The notes under the pieces were generated by a model. That model saw nothing but the letters and a program-made list of their open reading frames with translations. It ran no database searches and was not told where the DNA came from. From the NCBI RefSeq assembly GCF_009914755.1, contig NC_060935.1: DNA of 64,000 nucleotides; one strand, 5' to 3'. The DNA is from the human T2T-CHM13v2.0 reference genome, Homo sapiens. The position numbers and the translations under genes are program-made. Positions 27,750 through 41,764 of this stretch are shown here, piece after piece (within the stretch, counting starts at the first letter, position 1; the number at the start of each line of letters is the position of its first letter).

Positions 27750-29770
27750 GATTGAGTTTGCGCTGAACATTTGTTGAAAACTGGGTGTGCATTGATAAAA
27801 GACAGATTCTTCTCTTAGAGATCTTATTGTTCCTGTGAGATTTAGTAGGTAGTATTTATACTGATTGTAAGGACAAAGTCAGTAAGAACTTAAATGAGGG
27901 AGCCTCAAATATATCAGGGACATCATGAAGTGTTTACAAAAAAGGTGAAACTGAAGGTTGTATCAGAGTTTAGAGACAAAAAAGGGAGCATGTTCTAGAT
28001 AAAGATGAACAAAGCTATGTAGCTGTGATATTATGTAATACACAGGAAAATACAATAAATAGGTATCCTTGGATTATAAAATATTAAAGGGAAAATGTCA
28101 GAGGTTTAGGTCAGAATGGCATCTAACATCAGATTATCCAGGTTTATGCTAAAGGTGCTGGATTTTAGTTTGTGGGCAGAGAAAAGCCATTGAAGGCTAC
28201 TGAGTAGGGGAATCACAGAATCATATCATCATATTATATAAGTCACCTATCAAGCCTTGTATAAGGAGAACTAGAATTGAACTGGTCACTCGTGAGAGAG
28301 TGACCAGTGAAGAGGCCTCTGCAACTGTCCAGGCAAAGCTAATATAGGCTTGGATAGAAGTTGCAATGGTAGATGGTGATTTAACAAGTATTGCCTAGAT
28401 TTAGTAATTTTGGGGAAAAGTGAAAGAAAATGAAGAGTTTAATGATAGAAGAACTTCCTAGATTGGGAAACTAAGTGGTTAGAGTTGCTTTTAACCAAAG
28501 TCAGAAACTGAAAAGTAAAGCAAAAATGGGAAAACTGAATTAATTTGGAAATATTCTTAACTTGAGGAAGCTATGCGACACCCAGAGTGACTTATAAAAT
28601 GATTGACTTAAAAATATGGGTTTAGCAGACATTTGTGACCACTAAAAGTCACTGAACACAGGGAATCCATGATGAGATTTGCATTTTAATTCCTGTATTC
28701 ATGGAAGCAAATTAACTGGTAGCAGAATTCTGGAAAGAAGATGGTTAGAGTCATCCAGATGACTGCTAGAAGTGGCTTTATTGTGATCATGACAGAGAAG
28801 ATGGATAAAATTGAAAGAATTGTGAGTTATTAAGATGTCAGAAGAGTAGTTGACAGTCACTATCTGTTAACAAAGGTGAAACAGAGAGACCCTGATGACT
28901 ACCTCCAAATTGCTACTTTAGAAGGCTGAGCAGAGGATGATACCATAGAAGGACACAGTATAAGAGAGGAAGAACCTATTAGTCAAAATATAAAGTTGCA
29001 AGTGACAAAAATTACTTCTTCGAATTAGCTTACACAAATAAACAAAATAATCTATTGGAAATGTACAGCAGTTGTTCACAACATCAAAGAAATAGCTAAA
29101 GGAAGCATGACAGCTTGGGATACTTTGGAGATCAGAATGAAAGATATTGTCATCTGATACTGACTTCTGTTTTTCACTTTATCTCTCCTACTGTGTATGT
29201 TTTTTAAATTATGCTTAGAAATATGGCTCCCAGCACCTCCAGTTTAAATGTATCTACTTCAATAATTCAGGAATCAAGAAATTTGCCTCTCTTAGCTTCT
29301 GAGTGAACCAGCCTCAGTCATATGCATACCCCATGAACACATTTCTGGGACCAAAGACCAGTAATGAATAGGCCTGCCTGGGTTGAATGAGGATGCAGGG
29401 TACACTGTGGGTGTTGAGCAGACAAAAACAAAGAATGTCAACTTCAAGAATTGTAGAATACAAATCATGAGTTCTGATTGGGAAATACTGAGACCAAAGT
29501 TGCCAGTGACTTATTTGAGTACAGTTGCCCAGTGATAAGTTGAATCAAGTAGAAATAAATTCTGGACTTGTGTACAGAAAAGAAATTGGCTTAAGGTACA
29601 GTACCGTGAATGCACTAATAAGATCCTTGGTGATTTCTGTGTAGTGAATGACCTGACTGAACTTTGCATCTACCAGGTGAATTTCCCAGTTGGGTGTTAG
29701 AAGGATTATATAAGACAGCATGAATGGAAGCAATTGAGAAATAATTAGGAGTCTGTACATGGTACTTTTT
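27750..29770 (-). mobile_element. L2 LINE fragments interrupted by an MLT1-type LTR (about 28977-29445)
   Basis: L2-like tggattttagtttgtgggcagagaaaagccattgaagg, gaggcctctgcaactgtccaggc, gaagctatgcgacacccagag; MLT1-like tattagtcaaaat...gttgcaagtgaca. Confidence 0.55.
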
Positions 29771-32523
29771 AGCAATCAGTGCGTTGGTCTTATAAATTCC
29801 TATGTTCAAAGTATATCATCAAATATCCTTTCTCCAAATGGAAAGCCATATGTAGATTTCTTCTGCAGTCTGCTAGCAAGAAATTTCCATTGTTTTCACA
29901 TCACATGAAGCCAGGAACAGTAGACATATTCTTTGTGAGGATACTCTAAAGAAGTGTATGAAGTGTTAAATTTTTCTTGACATTTGTCAAGTTTCTTTTC
30001 TTCTACTCTCATTTTCAAGACTCTCAATTCATCATTTTGACAGGTATCTTTTGCTGTTTCTTTCATCCCAACTTTTTTTTTTTTTGAAAAAAAAATCAAG
30101 CTCTAAACTAAGGTTATAAATTCACTGTCTGTTTCACACTTTGCTGAGAATGTTATTTCTACATAACTTTTTGTTTTGCAATAGTGTCTTCTTCAAGGTA
30201 TCATTTAACCAATCTGTTCAAACACAGTAGAATTTCTGGCTCCATCACTGACCTCTTTAATAATGACTTCTTCTCCGTGCAGAAGGGATTTCCAGGAAGG
30301 GCATTGCTGGACTGGAGGACATATCAACTGTCTCTTCCTGTCTAGTGTGGATAAGGTGTCTATTTTTCTTACAGATATTGTGTGTACTAAAAATATGTGA
30401 GAAAACTAATGACTTGACCTATGAGTAAGTCCTCCTAATAATGTATTGGCCTGCCAACCAAATTCTATATAACTTCTCATTGAAGACAAGTCTCTTGGCC
30501 CTCAATATACAAGAAAAAATTATCATAGCAATATTTTCCTGCACTACTACACACTCCATGTATCAGTCAGCCTGAAGTTTCTGGAGACCAGCACATACTA
30601 GTTCATGTGAAGAATGAGACGCATAGTTTGAAATTTGAAGTAAGGCTCACATCAAAATAACCTAAACAATAAAGGATGATAGGAAGAAGGGGAATCAGAG
30701 CCAAATAATTACTCATACATAAAGGAATAAGTAAAGAATGAAGGAGTAATACTAACCAGAAAATAAATGGATGGATTCTTCATTATATATAAAGTAATAT
30801 TATTATTCAAAACTATAGATCATTGATCTGTCCATGTCTCATCAGTAGTGTCTCCAATTGGCCCATATAAAATGAAGAGAAGTATGTGATGAGACCCATA
30901 GATTAAAACATACTTAAGAAATTTATAGTGATGCTTCAATTTTGCAAATTTTTACAAAACTGGAGTTTCAGAGTAAAGAGTTATTCTGAGAAAGCTGATG
31001 AGTCTGACTTCTGGGACCAAAGACCAATTATGAATATACCTGCATGGGTTGAATGAGGATGAAGGGTAAGCTGTGGGTATATGTAATTCTAAGAAACAGG
31101 TTAATGTCTAGATGTCCATTTCTAGCAGGCAGTTGGCAATGTGGATCTGCATTTGCAAATTGTTCGCACTATTATAACATCGGGTTGATTCCAAAAAAAC
31201 CTCAATATATTAAATACCTTATCTATATAATTCTAAGAACTGCAATTTAAATGAAATGGGTTGAAAAACATGACTTAGACATTCTCTATAATTTCCTGGC
31301 CAGAATGGATGCTTTCAGCCAATGTTCATTTGATTCATAGGTTTCACATAGTCAGAGGCAAAATTTCCATAGATGTGATGGTCAAAAGCAAAACATTCTA
31401 AAGCAAAGAAAGAAGATGGTGAAGGCTTCTGAAGGCCATCATTGAAAAACAACTGACTTCCTTCTCAACAGGATAGTAAATGGAAGATACAACAGTAATT
31501 TTCCAAATGCTGATTGTAATCTAAAATGTGAAAAAGTTATTTTACCAAACTGGTACATATTATTGTATGTAGGTATAATTAATCAAATCAGTGGTTAATA
31601 TCACATTTATAATTAAAGGTAATACAAAATGTAGACTTACTTTAAGAAGACAACATTTTATGAGAGAAGACTTACTTTGGAGCCTCCAGATATTATATGA
31701 CTCTATGTATTTCCAATAAAAAGTTAAATAAACAATGTTGTAATTTCCAAGCATATTAATTATATGTTACTAAAAGTATTTGTTTTAGTTTAAACTTAGA
31801 AAATGAATGAATGAATGTATCCGCATATCTTAATCCATGTATTACTAACTTACGTTCTTTACTAAATATTGACTTCAAAGCATATTAGTTTATTTAAATT
31901 GATGGCAACTTTTTACCCTTATGTTTTTACCCAAACAGAAAAGATTGAAAAAGGGCTGTGTCAAAAATCCCAATGTCCAAATCATCTTGGATTTTAAAAA
32001 ATCTCTAAAATGTATTTAAAAAATCAGAAAACTTTTTTACGTGAACATTTATTTCTCAAGATAAACTTATTTTAACACATGCATATATTAAAATAATTTT
32101 AAATAAATGATCATCACACCACATTTTAAAAGAGTGAAGAAAGTTTTTCAAAGGATTCAAGAATGTTAGTTCTTTACAAACATTCTTCAATTCTGTAGGA
32201 ATTCATATTTCTCAGGTTAGAAAACAGCTCATGTTGGTTAGATGACAAATTATAGATGCTAACAAGTTCTACAACTCTGATCAGCATCTTTTCCACTGTA
32301 TGCTATCATTCTGCTATGCCATATAGCTCTTGATATTTTTAAGTTTTATCCAGATAGTATTTCTACTAAAGATATACAAACTTTTTATTATTCCTGAAGA
32401 TTCTCCTTTTAAAAAAGAAAGTTAAATACTTGGGTATTTTATCCATTGTTTCCCACAAAAAATCTATGCATTACTCTGGTGACAGTATCAAACTGGGTTA
32501 CAATTAGTTGTTTACAAATTATC

Positions 32524-32867
32524 TGCTGTGGTGTGAATGTTTGTGTCCCTCCTCCCCTCCGCTAATTCAAATGCTGATACCTAATCCCCAGTGCAATACT
32601 ATTAGAAGGTGATGTTCTTGGGAGGTGATTAGGCCATCGGGGATATCCCTCATGAACGAGATTACTGCCCTTATAAAACAGGCCTAAGGGAGCTTGTTTG
32701 GCCCTTCTGCCATCTATAAAACAGTGAGTGAGCCCCCACCACACAGAATCTGCTCGGGTCTTGATCTTGGACTTCTCAGCCTTCAAATTGTGAGAAATAA
32801 GTATCCGTTGTTTAGAAGCCATCCAGTCTAAGGTATTTTGTTACAGTAGTCCAAGTGGACCAAGATA
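32524..32867 (+). mobile_element. MLT1A-like MaLR solo LTR
   Basis: tgctgtggtgtgaatgtttgtgtccc...cttgatcttggacttctcagcc...tattttgttacagtag...ggaccaagata; TSD ttatc/atatc. Confidence 0.85.
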
Positions 32868-32907
32868 ATATCTTTCTCCCTAAAAAGTGACATATAAGAA
32901 ACCGGGA

Positions 32908-33242
32908 GGTCGGGCGCGGTAGTGCACTCCTGTAATCTCAGCACTGTGGGAGGCTGACGGGGATGGATCACGAAGTCAGGAGATCGAGACTATCCTGGAC
33001 AACATGGTGAAACCCCGTCTCTACTAAAAATATAAAAAAATAGCCGGGCGTGGTGGCACGCGCCTGTAGTCCCAGCTACTTGGTAGGCTCAGGCAGGAGA
33101 CACAGGAGACACGGTTGAGCTCAGGAGGCGGAGGTTGTGGTGAGCCGAGATTGTGCCACTGCCCTCCAGCCTGGTGACAGAGTGAGACAGGCAGAAAGAA
33201 AAGAAAGAAAGAGAGAGGGCGGGAGGGAGGAAGGAAGGAAAG
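32908..33242 (+). mobile_element. AluSc-like element with a purine microsatellite tail
   Basis: ggatcacgaagtcaggagatcgagac, cagcctggtgacagag; internal caggagaca duplication; tail converted to GAAA/GA/GGAA repeats. Confidence 0.9.
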
Positions 33243-33474
33243 ATTTTTTCCCTTGGCACAAAGCCTCTCTCAATCATGATAAATGACTAAAAATATTTGA
33301 TGACACCCGTCAGGAAAAATTAGTAATATAATAAGCATATTTTTTGAACATTAACTATGTGTCAAATGTACAGAAAAAGCATATTAATAATCTCACTTTA
33401 TTTCTCATAAAATTTCATATGATAATTATTATAATTATTCTCAATTTCAAAAGATTTAGAATCTGTTTTTGTCA

Positions 33475-34680
33475 TTCCAGTAATTCTGGAATAGCTTGGA
33501 TAGGCTAATCTTCCTGCATATAACAATTATAAAATTCAAAGAATTATTAAAAGTATGTATGTAGACACTCGAATGTGACCAAAATCAGGCAGAAATTTTA
33601 AGAGATCCTGTTTTGAAAGACACACTGCAGCATGTGTGATTTGTGATTTTTTCAGTCTATTGTCCCAGGGTACTTTACAGTCCTCAAAATTTGGGTGGCA
33701 AAAATCCAGCTTTTCTGGCTTGAGATGTCAGATAAAAGACTTCAGGGATGTTAAAATAGCAATATGCTTAATGAAGTGGGGAGAAGAATGTTCTTGGAAA
33801 GTTATACGCTTTAATATGTGTATAAAAATTTATCCAAATAGTTGGCTGATTATATTACATATATTCAAACCAGATCTCAGAGGTTACAGCAAGAATGTAC
33901 CAACAGAAAGTGGAGAGAAACATATCTCAGGTGCTGCCTTCTACAAAGGAGAATGAGTTCCAAGTTTGACAATGAAGTTAACTCCTCATTAAAACAGAAA
34001 ACACTTTTTTGAAATAATGAGAAAATAGAAAATCCAGATCCTCTGCAAAATACCATTCACAGATACCATTATCTCATCAAGATTATTAGACATGTGAAAA
34101 ACAGAAAAATGTGATGTATACTTAAGAAAACAAATAGCTAACATTACAATATTAAAGCAGATATAATAAATATGCTTATGAACTTAAGGAAAATATAAAC
34201 ATAATGAGTGAACTGGTATGGAATTACAACATAGAAATTGAAAGTACAAAAAGAACCAAATGGAAAATCTAGAACTGAAAGGAACAACAACTGAAAAATA
34301 AATCACTGAATTGGGATTAACAGAAAACATAGTAAGATAAAAAAGAGTCAGTATACTTAGAGAGAGACCCATGGAAATTAATAAACCTGAAGAGTGCAAA
34401 GGGAAGAAAGACTAAGAAAACAATACAATCTCAGAGGCTCTTATCATCTGTGGAATAATCTCGAGTAGGTTAAATACATGTAATTAGATTCTCAGAAAGA
34501 GAGGAGAAAAATAATAGAACAGGAAAAAAATAGAAAAATAATAAAATCCCCAAATCTCCTGAATTTTAGAGAAGGACATAAAATTCTAGATCTAAGAAAC
34601 TCAATGAAACCCAAGCAGGAGAAGCAGAGAAACAGAGAATAAAACACATACTCAGGCACATCATACTCAAATAGAGGTCT
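33475..34680 (+). mobile_element. Old L1M 5'UTR/ORF1 fragment
   Basis: A-rich ORF1-like aagaaccaaatggaaaatctagaactgaaa...tagatctaagaaactcaatgaaacccaagcagg...ggcacatcatactcaaa. Confidence 0.65.
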
Positions 34681-37600
34681 GGATGGAGTACTTAATCTGA
34701 TATCTGGGTCAGGTCATTAAAGAACTTCAAGACAATAAAATTATGCTTCCACATCTCTTATCGGCTACACTTAATGCTGATATAAGCTCAGGGGTAGACC
34801 TTGGAAATAGGTATATTAAAGAGATAGAAGAGTGGGGTGATATATCAGAAACCTCTATTTTAAGGAGGAAAGAATGTAACATGGGAATTAGCCCCTTAAA
34901 AAGACTTACAAAGGACTAAAGGAGCAGAAAGAGACAACAAATAGTAGAAACAGTTTTCTCCTGAGGTCAGCTCTAAAGAGAAGCCTAGGTGAAACATTAC
35001 ACGTGTCTAGCTCAGAATATTCAGCTCTTTCCCATCTTAGAAGGCTATTTCACTTTTAGAACAGCTTATTTGACATTCTCGCTTCTGTGATGGAGAAATA
35101 AATTCAGCTTCATTAATCACTATTTTAATTGATACCTACAAGAGCATGCTGACTTTCAAAGATGTATAGTGTTGGATTAAAGTATAACTTTTGGTGACAG
35201 ACATAGATTTAAACCTCTGCAATATCATTTTCCAGTCCAGTGACTTAATACAAAAAGACACCATATTATAGAAAATTATAGCAAATTATGTACTGAATAA
35301 TTACTGAGTCAGACACTGTTCTAAGAGTTTAGGTATATTAGTATATTTTGTTTTCATAAAAACTTGATAAGATTTTATTTTGTTCTCATTATTCCTGTCA
35401 CTCTTATTTTGAAGTTGAAAAACAGAGACAATTTAAAATCAGTTCTGATAAATTTGGGCCTTTTTCCATCATTTCTACAACAGGGTTATTATTAGGGAAA
35501 CATGAGGTATTACTACTAACACACCAGTATTATTACCACCATCCTGTCTACCTCCTCTGCTAATTATCACTACCACTGTGACAATTATAAAATCACTATG
35601 TGCCAGGCATGTTGATACACACTTTTATAACAATTATAATAATTTCAATAATGTAATCCATATAAAAACTCCATGATATAAGTACTATTGTTGTTCTCAT
35701 TTTATAATTGAGGACCTCATATTGTAACTCATCAGGTTATACAGTTAAAAAGAGATAAAGTCAGATCTAAAATCTAGATATAAAATCAATCTAGCAACTT
35801 ATTAATGAAGAAAAACCATGATAATAATGACAATGAGGATAATAATGATGATGGAGATTATGGCAGATCTTTACTGATAACTTTTTCCTACAACAATCAC
35901 TACTTACCTTACTAATGTAACATTCTCACCCATCCAGGAAAGAATCAGCAACTGAGATATTAAACTTAAAAATTGTATCAAAGAGTCCATGCTATAGCTT
36001 TTTAAACATTTTTCTCGATTAATTGTAATGTTTTCCAGTGCATAGTGGATTGAAGTAGTGCTTTGATGTAAATGCTTTGGATTGAAATAATTATTCTAAT
36101 AACAACAGAAAATAAAAGATGACAGTGTTTCCGGAAGAAAAAATATATAGTTGCAAAAATTTGAAAATCACTACAATGTGTAGAGCAAGTATCTCCATTT
36201 AATTCAATCATGAATGCAGTCATCACAATAAACTAATGAACATGCATGCTGTTCATGCTGAGTTTGAAAAATAGTGAAAAATCTATTTTGAACACTTTAT
36301 TTTTAAACCAAGAATTCATGTAAAACAATCAGAAATTATTTTAACATTGAATCTTAACACAATATGTGTTGCCACAGGCAGTCATAGAAATAATGAAAAA
36401 TTGAGTCTTGGGTTTTATTTCCATCATTTTAGGTGCATATCAGACTAGCTTCAAAGTCCCTTTCACCTCTACCATTCTATAATTCAGTTAAACATTTTTG
36501 AAAATGTGCTGAGATAGAGGTCTTTATTAAAAGCTTGTCAGATAAGTTAGGGATTAATGTCATAGACAGCAAGATAATGTTTATATTCTAATTCATTGGA
36601 ACTGTGAATTTTTAAGTCCCCCCAATGATCACATCTATAAAAATTTATGAATTCTAATATAACAATTTACTAACCACCTAGAAGAAGGGATTAAAAAGAC
36701 ATTTTTAATGTTAGTTGTGTTATAAAATTACATTTTGGTTTCATAACTATTAAGGCTATTATGTATGTAATATATATATTTTTATATATAAATATATATA
36801 TGTTCCTATTTTCTGTTGTTTTCTTTGTGAATAGGGCATATTACATAGTCTCTATACTCATTTATAGAAAAGATTAAAACTATAAATCATTGCAACCCAT
36901 ACGCTGCCTACTTGAAGCTGAACATCCAGCACAGCGTAAGAAATGATGGAGATTTATGATGCTCAGACAGTTCCTCTTACCCAACTTCAAGAAGATAAAG
37001 GGAAGGGGAAGATATCCAATTAACTCAGTGTCCACAGACAATACTTATATAAACAGATGGGATCAGCTACCTGGAGGATAAAACCTCTGGGACTGGAAGA
37101 AGAGTGCATGAGAAGAGGTAGGAATGTACCAACTCTTGTATCTTCTAAATGTTGAGATCTCACCTTTGCATGAGGTCTAACTGAAGATGCCTGCTTTTCT
37201 GACACTCCGTCCAACCAATAATTATTCATATTAATTTTCTACTGTTCTAATCTCTAGTACATATTATTCTTATACCATATTCAACTACATATAACTCTTT
37301 TTGCAGACATGTTATGTCTTATTTAATTCTGTAAATATAATTTTAAAGCTATTTTGAAATAATCGTGATATTTACCTTATTAGTACAACACACAACTTAT
37401 TTTTTCTGTTTGCTAGTTTTGTTGTTTCTCGCTGAGATTAGGTACTGCTAATGTAACCCTTTATTCCCCGAGTTCAATATTAGACTACACTTTTCTTGCA
37501 GGTAGGTGTGGGCTTATGGTTACCCTCTGCCAATGGAATAGAGAAGGAAGTGATTCAGCATAGAGGTTTCACTGCAGTACACTATCTTTAAGCAACACTA

Positions 37601-37788
37601 CATAGTTATTTTCTCATATTTCCTCATTCCTAGGACTTAAATACATTTTGTCTTTGATAATTTTCTCTGTCTCTCTATCTTTTTCTTCCTCTGTCCCTTT
37701 CTCTATCTTAGCATTATCTGCCTCAGGCACTATGAATTTTAAAAATTTCTTTATATACTGGTATCTAATTAGGAACATATGTCATTGG

Positions 37789-38376
37789 TGTAGACACAAA
37801 GGAGAAATTTCCCTTTTGCACTTTGAAGGTTTACTGAAAATCAACTGGCAAAAGGCAGATTGATGGACATACACATGTATCAATGTGCTTGGGGGGTGAA
37901 TCACCCCAATGCCCAGTGTGGTACAGATGCTTATATACCATTGTTCTTAGAGGGAAGGGAGATGAGGAAGTGTGGATGATTTTAGCAGGGTAGTAATAAT
38001 GTTTAGGGGGTTCAATGGGCTTGAATAACATTCAGTGGCCTGGGACGAAATCTGTTGGGCATGTAGAGCAGACAATAGTTTGTGACAAAATATATCCAGG
38101 TGTGTTTACAGACTTCAGGCTTTTCACAGGGATATGAGTGTAGTTAACGAAAACTCAGGGAAGGGAATGGAGGTAATTGTTTTCTTTTTGGTTGGGTCCA
38201 GACATTAGGCAGATAAAAGAACTGCAGAGAAAAGCTTCATCTTGTGCTTTGGGAGAGAGAGAATTGAGAGGCAAAGGTGGTCCAGAATGAAGGTCAGAGG
38301 GAATTTGAGGGTTTTCCTTCAGTTCAGCATCTTAAGGTGTCATTGGTTGGGGGTTATTAGTTTCTGAGCCCCAACA
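37789..38376 (-). mobile_element. MER39/MER34-like (MER4-group ERV1) solo LTR
   Basis: Reverse start tgttggggctcagaaactaataacccc; TG...CA ends; 4-bp TSD ttgg/ctgg. Confidence 0.75.
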
Positions 38377-39259
38377 CTGGAAAACTAAAAGATTAAGTTC
38401 TTTTATAAGAATGTAAGAGAATTTGACCAAAAAAGACTGGTCAAGAGGGGTGCTACAAACTTTGGTGCAACTAAGCACATAAGTCATAGTAAACTGTACT
38501 ACATGAACACAAAGACAAGAAAGAGAACATTTTGATGACAACCATGTCCTCTTAAAATCCCTATAAATACTTGTAATTTCCCGGCATGTCTTTGTCAGTT
38601 TTTGGTATACATATATATTCTTCTTGAACAATATAATCTGCTTATATGGCTTTGAGATTTGTGTCTTTCAACCACATCTCTCCTTAGATTCAAACTTGCA
38701 CCTTAAATTGCATACCTGGAATGTCTAATTAGATGTCACCTTATCTCAACACACTTAACAATTCTCAAAATGAAACTCATTGTTCTTTCCTGAAAACGTG
38801 TTTTTTTTTAAATTATCAATATTATATAAAATAATTATATACATTTTTCAAGACAGATTTGTGATTTCTTTCTATGTCTTACTCCTCACTTATCTAGTTA
38901 TTGACCAAAAAAGTAAAGTTTATACCTCCTTAACCTCTATTTTAACTTTTGCCCTAATTGTGCAACTTAGTATATCTTCCTTGATTATTGCTATAACTTC
39001 TAAAAATGATATGATGCATCAGAAAATAAACACCCAACAGCTAAAATTACATTTTTATAATGTAAGTTCAACTATGTTTCCCTAGTTAAAAACCATTCAT
39101 TCAACACTTCTCCATTGCAATAGTGGTTTATAAAATTTGCCCTAAGTAGGATTTTTTGTTTGTTTGATTACCAAAGAAGCCTTAGAAAACAGGCATTATA
39201 TAAAGCAGATAAAATGATATTAAGACAAATTAACTTTAGGTTTCAAAACATTCAATACT

Positions 39260-39580
39260 GAGCTGAGTATGGTGGCTCATGACTGTAATCCTAGCACTTA
39301 GGGAGGCCAAGGTAGGGGGATGGCCTGTGTTCAGGAGTTCAAGACCAGCCAGGGTAACATAGCAAGGGACAGTTTCCATAAAAAATAAGAAAATTAGCCA
39401 GGCACAGTGGCACGTGCCTGTAGTACATGGTACGTGCCTGTAGTCCTACTAGAGAGGCTGAGGGGAAGGATCATCCGAGCTCAGGAGTTTAAGGTTATAG
39501 AGACCCACAACTGCATCACTGCACGCCAGCCTGGGCAACAGAGCCAGACCCTGTCTCTGATAAGTAAGTAAATAAATAAA
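39260..39580 (+). mobile_element. AluJ
   Basis: Diverged dimeric Alu with (TAAA)n tail; internal duplication of tggyacgtgcctgtagt. Confidence 0.88.
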
Positions 39581-40219
39581 TCACTCAATAGCCACAATTT
39601 ATATTCAAGTATGTTGTAAGCAAAGAGAGATTGCAACAGTCTCCACTGTAAGTTGATGATAGCTTCTTTAGTTTATGTCAAACAGAATTTAGTTCAAGGC
39701 GAGAAAAAAGAAAATTAATTTGATTTAAATTCAGTTAGATATGAAGTCACAAAATAGGCATAAATTATGAACTATTACCACTTACAACATTTTAAAATGT
39801 TTATTGCACTACACAATTGTCTATAACATACTTTTCAAACCTAGATGCTTGTACTAACATATAGCTTTTCATTTCAAAGTTGAAAATAGACGTTCAGTTT
39901 TATTACAACTTGACAAATGGAGAGTTATTATGACTTTACACAGATGTCAGGAAAAGAAAATATAAGACCTGTTAGTGATTATAGAGTACATTTATTATAA
40001 TTTGGTCATTTTGCTTCAGCCTGATAAACCATATTATTTATCTATTGTGTTAGGTTGCAAATATTCTGGATTGTTTCAGCATTGTTAATAACTTAGAAAA
40101 TAAAGTATTTGAATAAACAAAGTTATTCTAAGGTCCATATCATTTGTTCTGAAATTTCCCATTTATTAAGGCAGTTTTCTCTCTGACAGTTTGATACTTC
40201 TGAGGTTTCTCTAGCAACC

Positions 40220-40318
40220 ATATATATATATATATATGTCTATATATATGTCTATATATATGTCTATATATAATGTCTACATATATATATCTCTCTATAT
40301 ATATATTTATATATATAG
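40220..40318. repeat. (TA)n / (tatatatgtc)n low-complexity repeat
   Basis: Direct read. Confidence 0.85.
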
Positions 40319-41764
40319 TTCTATAGGGCTTAAGGACCACACATACAGGAAAACATCTATTGCTTAATATAAAGTCGGGAATCTGTCTCTTGTTAGAGAT
40401 AGGCGATCAGAGATGGAACACACAATCAAGTATCATTTTACTCTCTTAAAAACAGGGTGTAATTAACCATTATTTAGGTTCAGTAAAAATAACTTATTTT
40501 AAAATTTCAACAATTAGTTTGGCATCTTGTCTTTATTGTGATATTTTTATTGAAAGTTTCATCAACCCTAGTAATATAATTGACTCATCACTGATTATAA
40601 GAAGTAGCCTAGAGCAGAAAGCAGAGTAAGGAGTCCTAGGTCTCCAATCTGGTTCTACTTTTTCTTTGTTGTTTTATAATATGTGAAAAGCCTACATCTC
40701 TGAAACTCAGTTTAATTCTCTGAAAATAGAGATAATGGTATCTACTTCGGGGGAAGTGGTTAGGAGTAGGATTAATTCAGGTAGTATCTATCATATCTGT
40801 AGATAAACTAAGTACATAATAATTTGTCAATATTTTTATTTTTGTGGTTTTATAAATTTAGCCATCATGGAATAATTGAAATTGAAAGAACGTAAATTTA
40901 TATATGATGCCAATATGAGAAAGATAATATTTCAGCTGTAGAGTAACAGTCAAATCATCTCTTTATACAGCCTTATGATGTCAGGTCATAGATATTAAGA
41001 TAAATTTTCCACACCATACATTACAACAAAATAAGAAGCAAGATCTATCAAATGACTCATAATAGTTTCCACTCATGGAATATTATAGATGTGATTGAAT
41101 TTCTTAAATAAAAATTATGACACCTGGTCATCCTGATTTTTAAAAATGTGGCAAGATAAGACTACTTATTGTAAATGTAGGAGCACAACATTGTTTTGTT
41201 GTTGTTGTTGTTGTTGAAAGTGACATTTGAAGGCAGGTAGATTTTAGTGAAAACATGATTAGGAAAGTAAAGTTTCTTCCCAGGCCAGAGTAAGAGAATC
41301 CCACAGATTCCAACTCTTAATGACATGCTTTCTAAGATATAAAGTATAAGATAAACCTTCATAGGAGACTCTGGGTATTATACGATCTAAAATGTGATAC
41401 TGTAAAATGTGAACTTTAGAAAAGTGTTAATCCATATTACAGAGTTTCTCTCATGTCATAGCCACAACATTGTTCAATTATCACTCATTCCTAAATCCTC
41501 ATATTGGAAGTTGTCAGCTGTATGTACCAACACTTAAAAGAGATTGAGAAGTGGCCAGGATCTAGAAGATGCAGTGATGATAAGTAAAATTAACATGTAT
41601 AGACTAATTGTGAGAAGAATGAAAGCCGTTTAAGGCTTACCCTTTGGTGACTATGCCCATCTCAAGCTGGAGTTGCTGTCTGTTCCAGTTTACAGTCACG
41701 ATGGAGCAAGGAGTAACAAGAGACACACACATGAGTGACCAGATCCCATATGCATATCCCTGCC

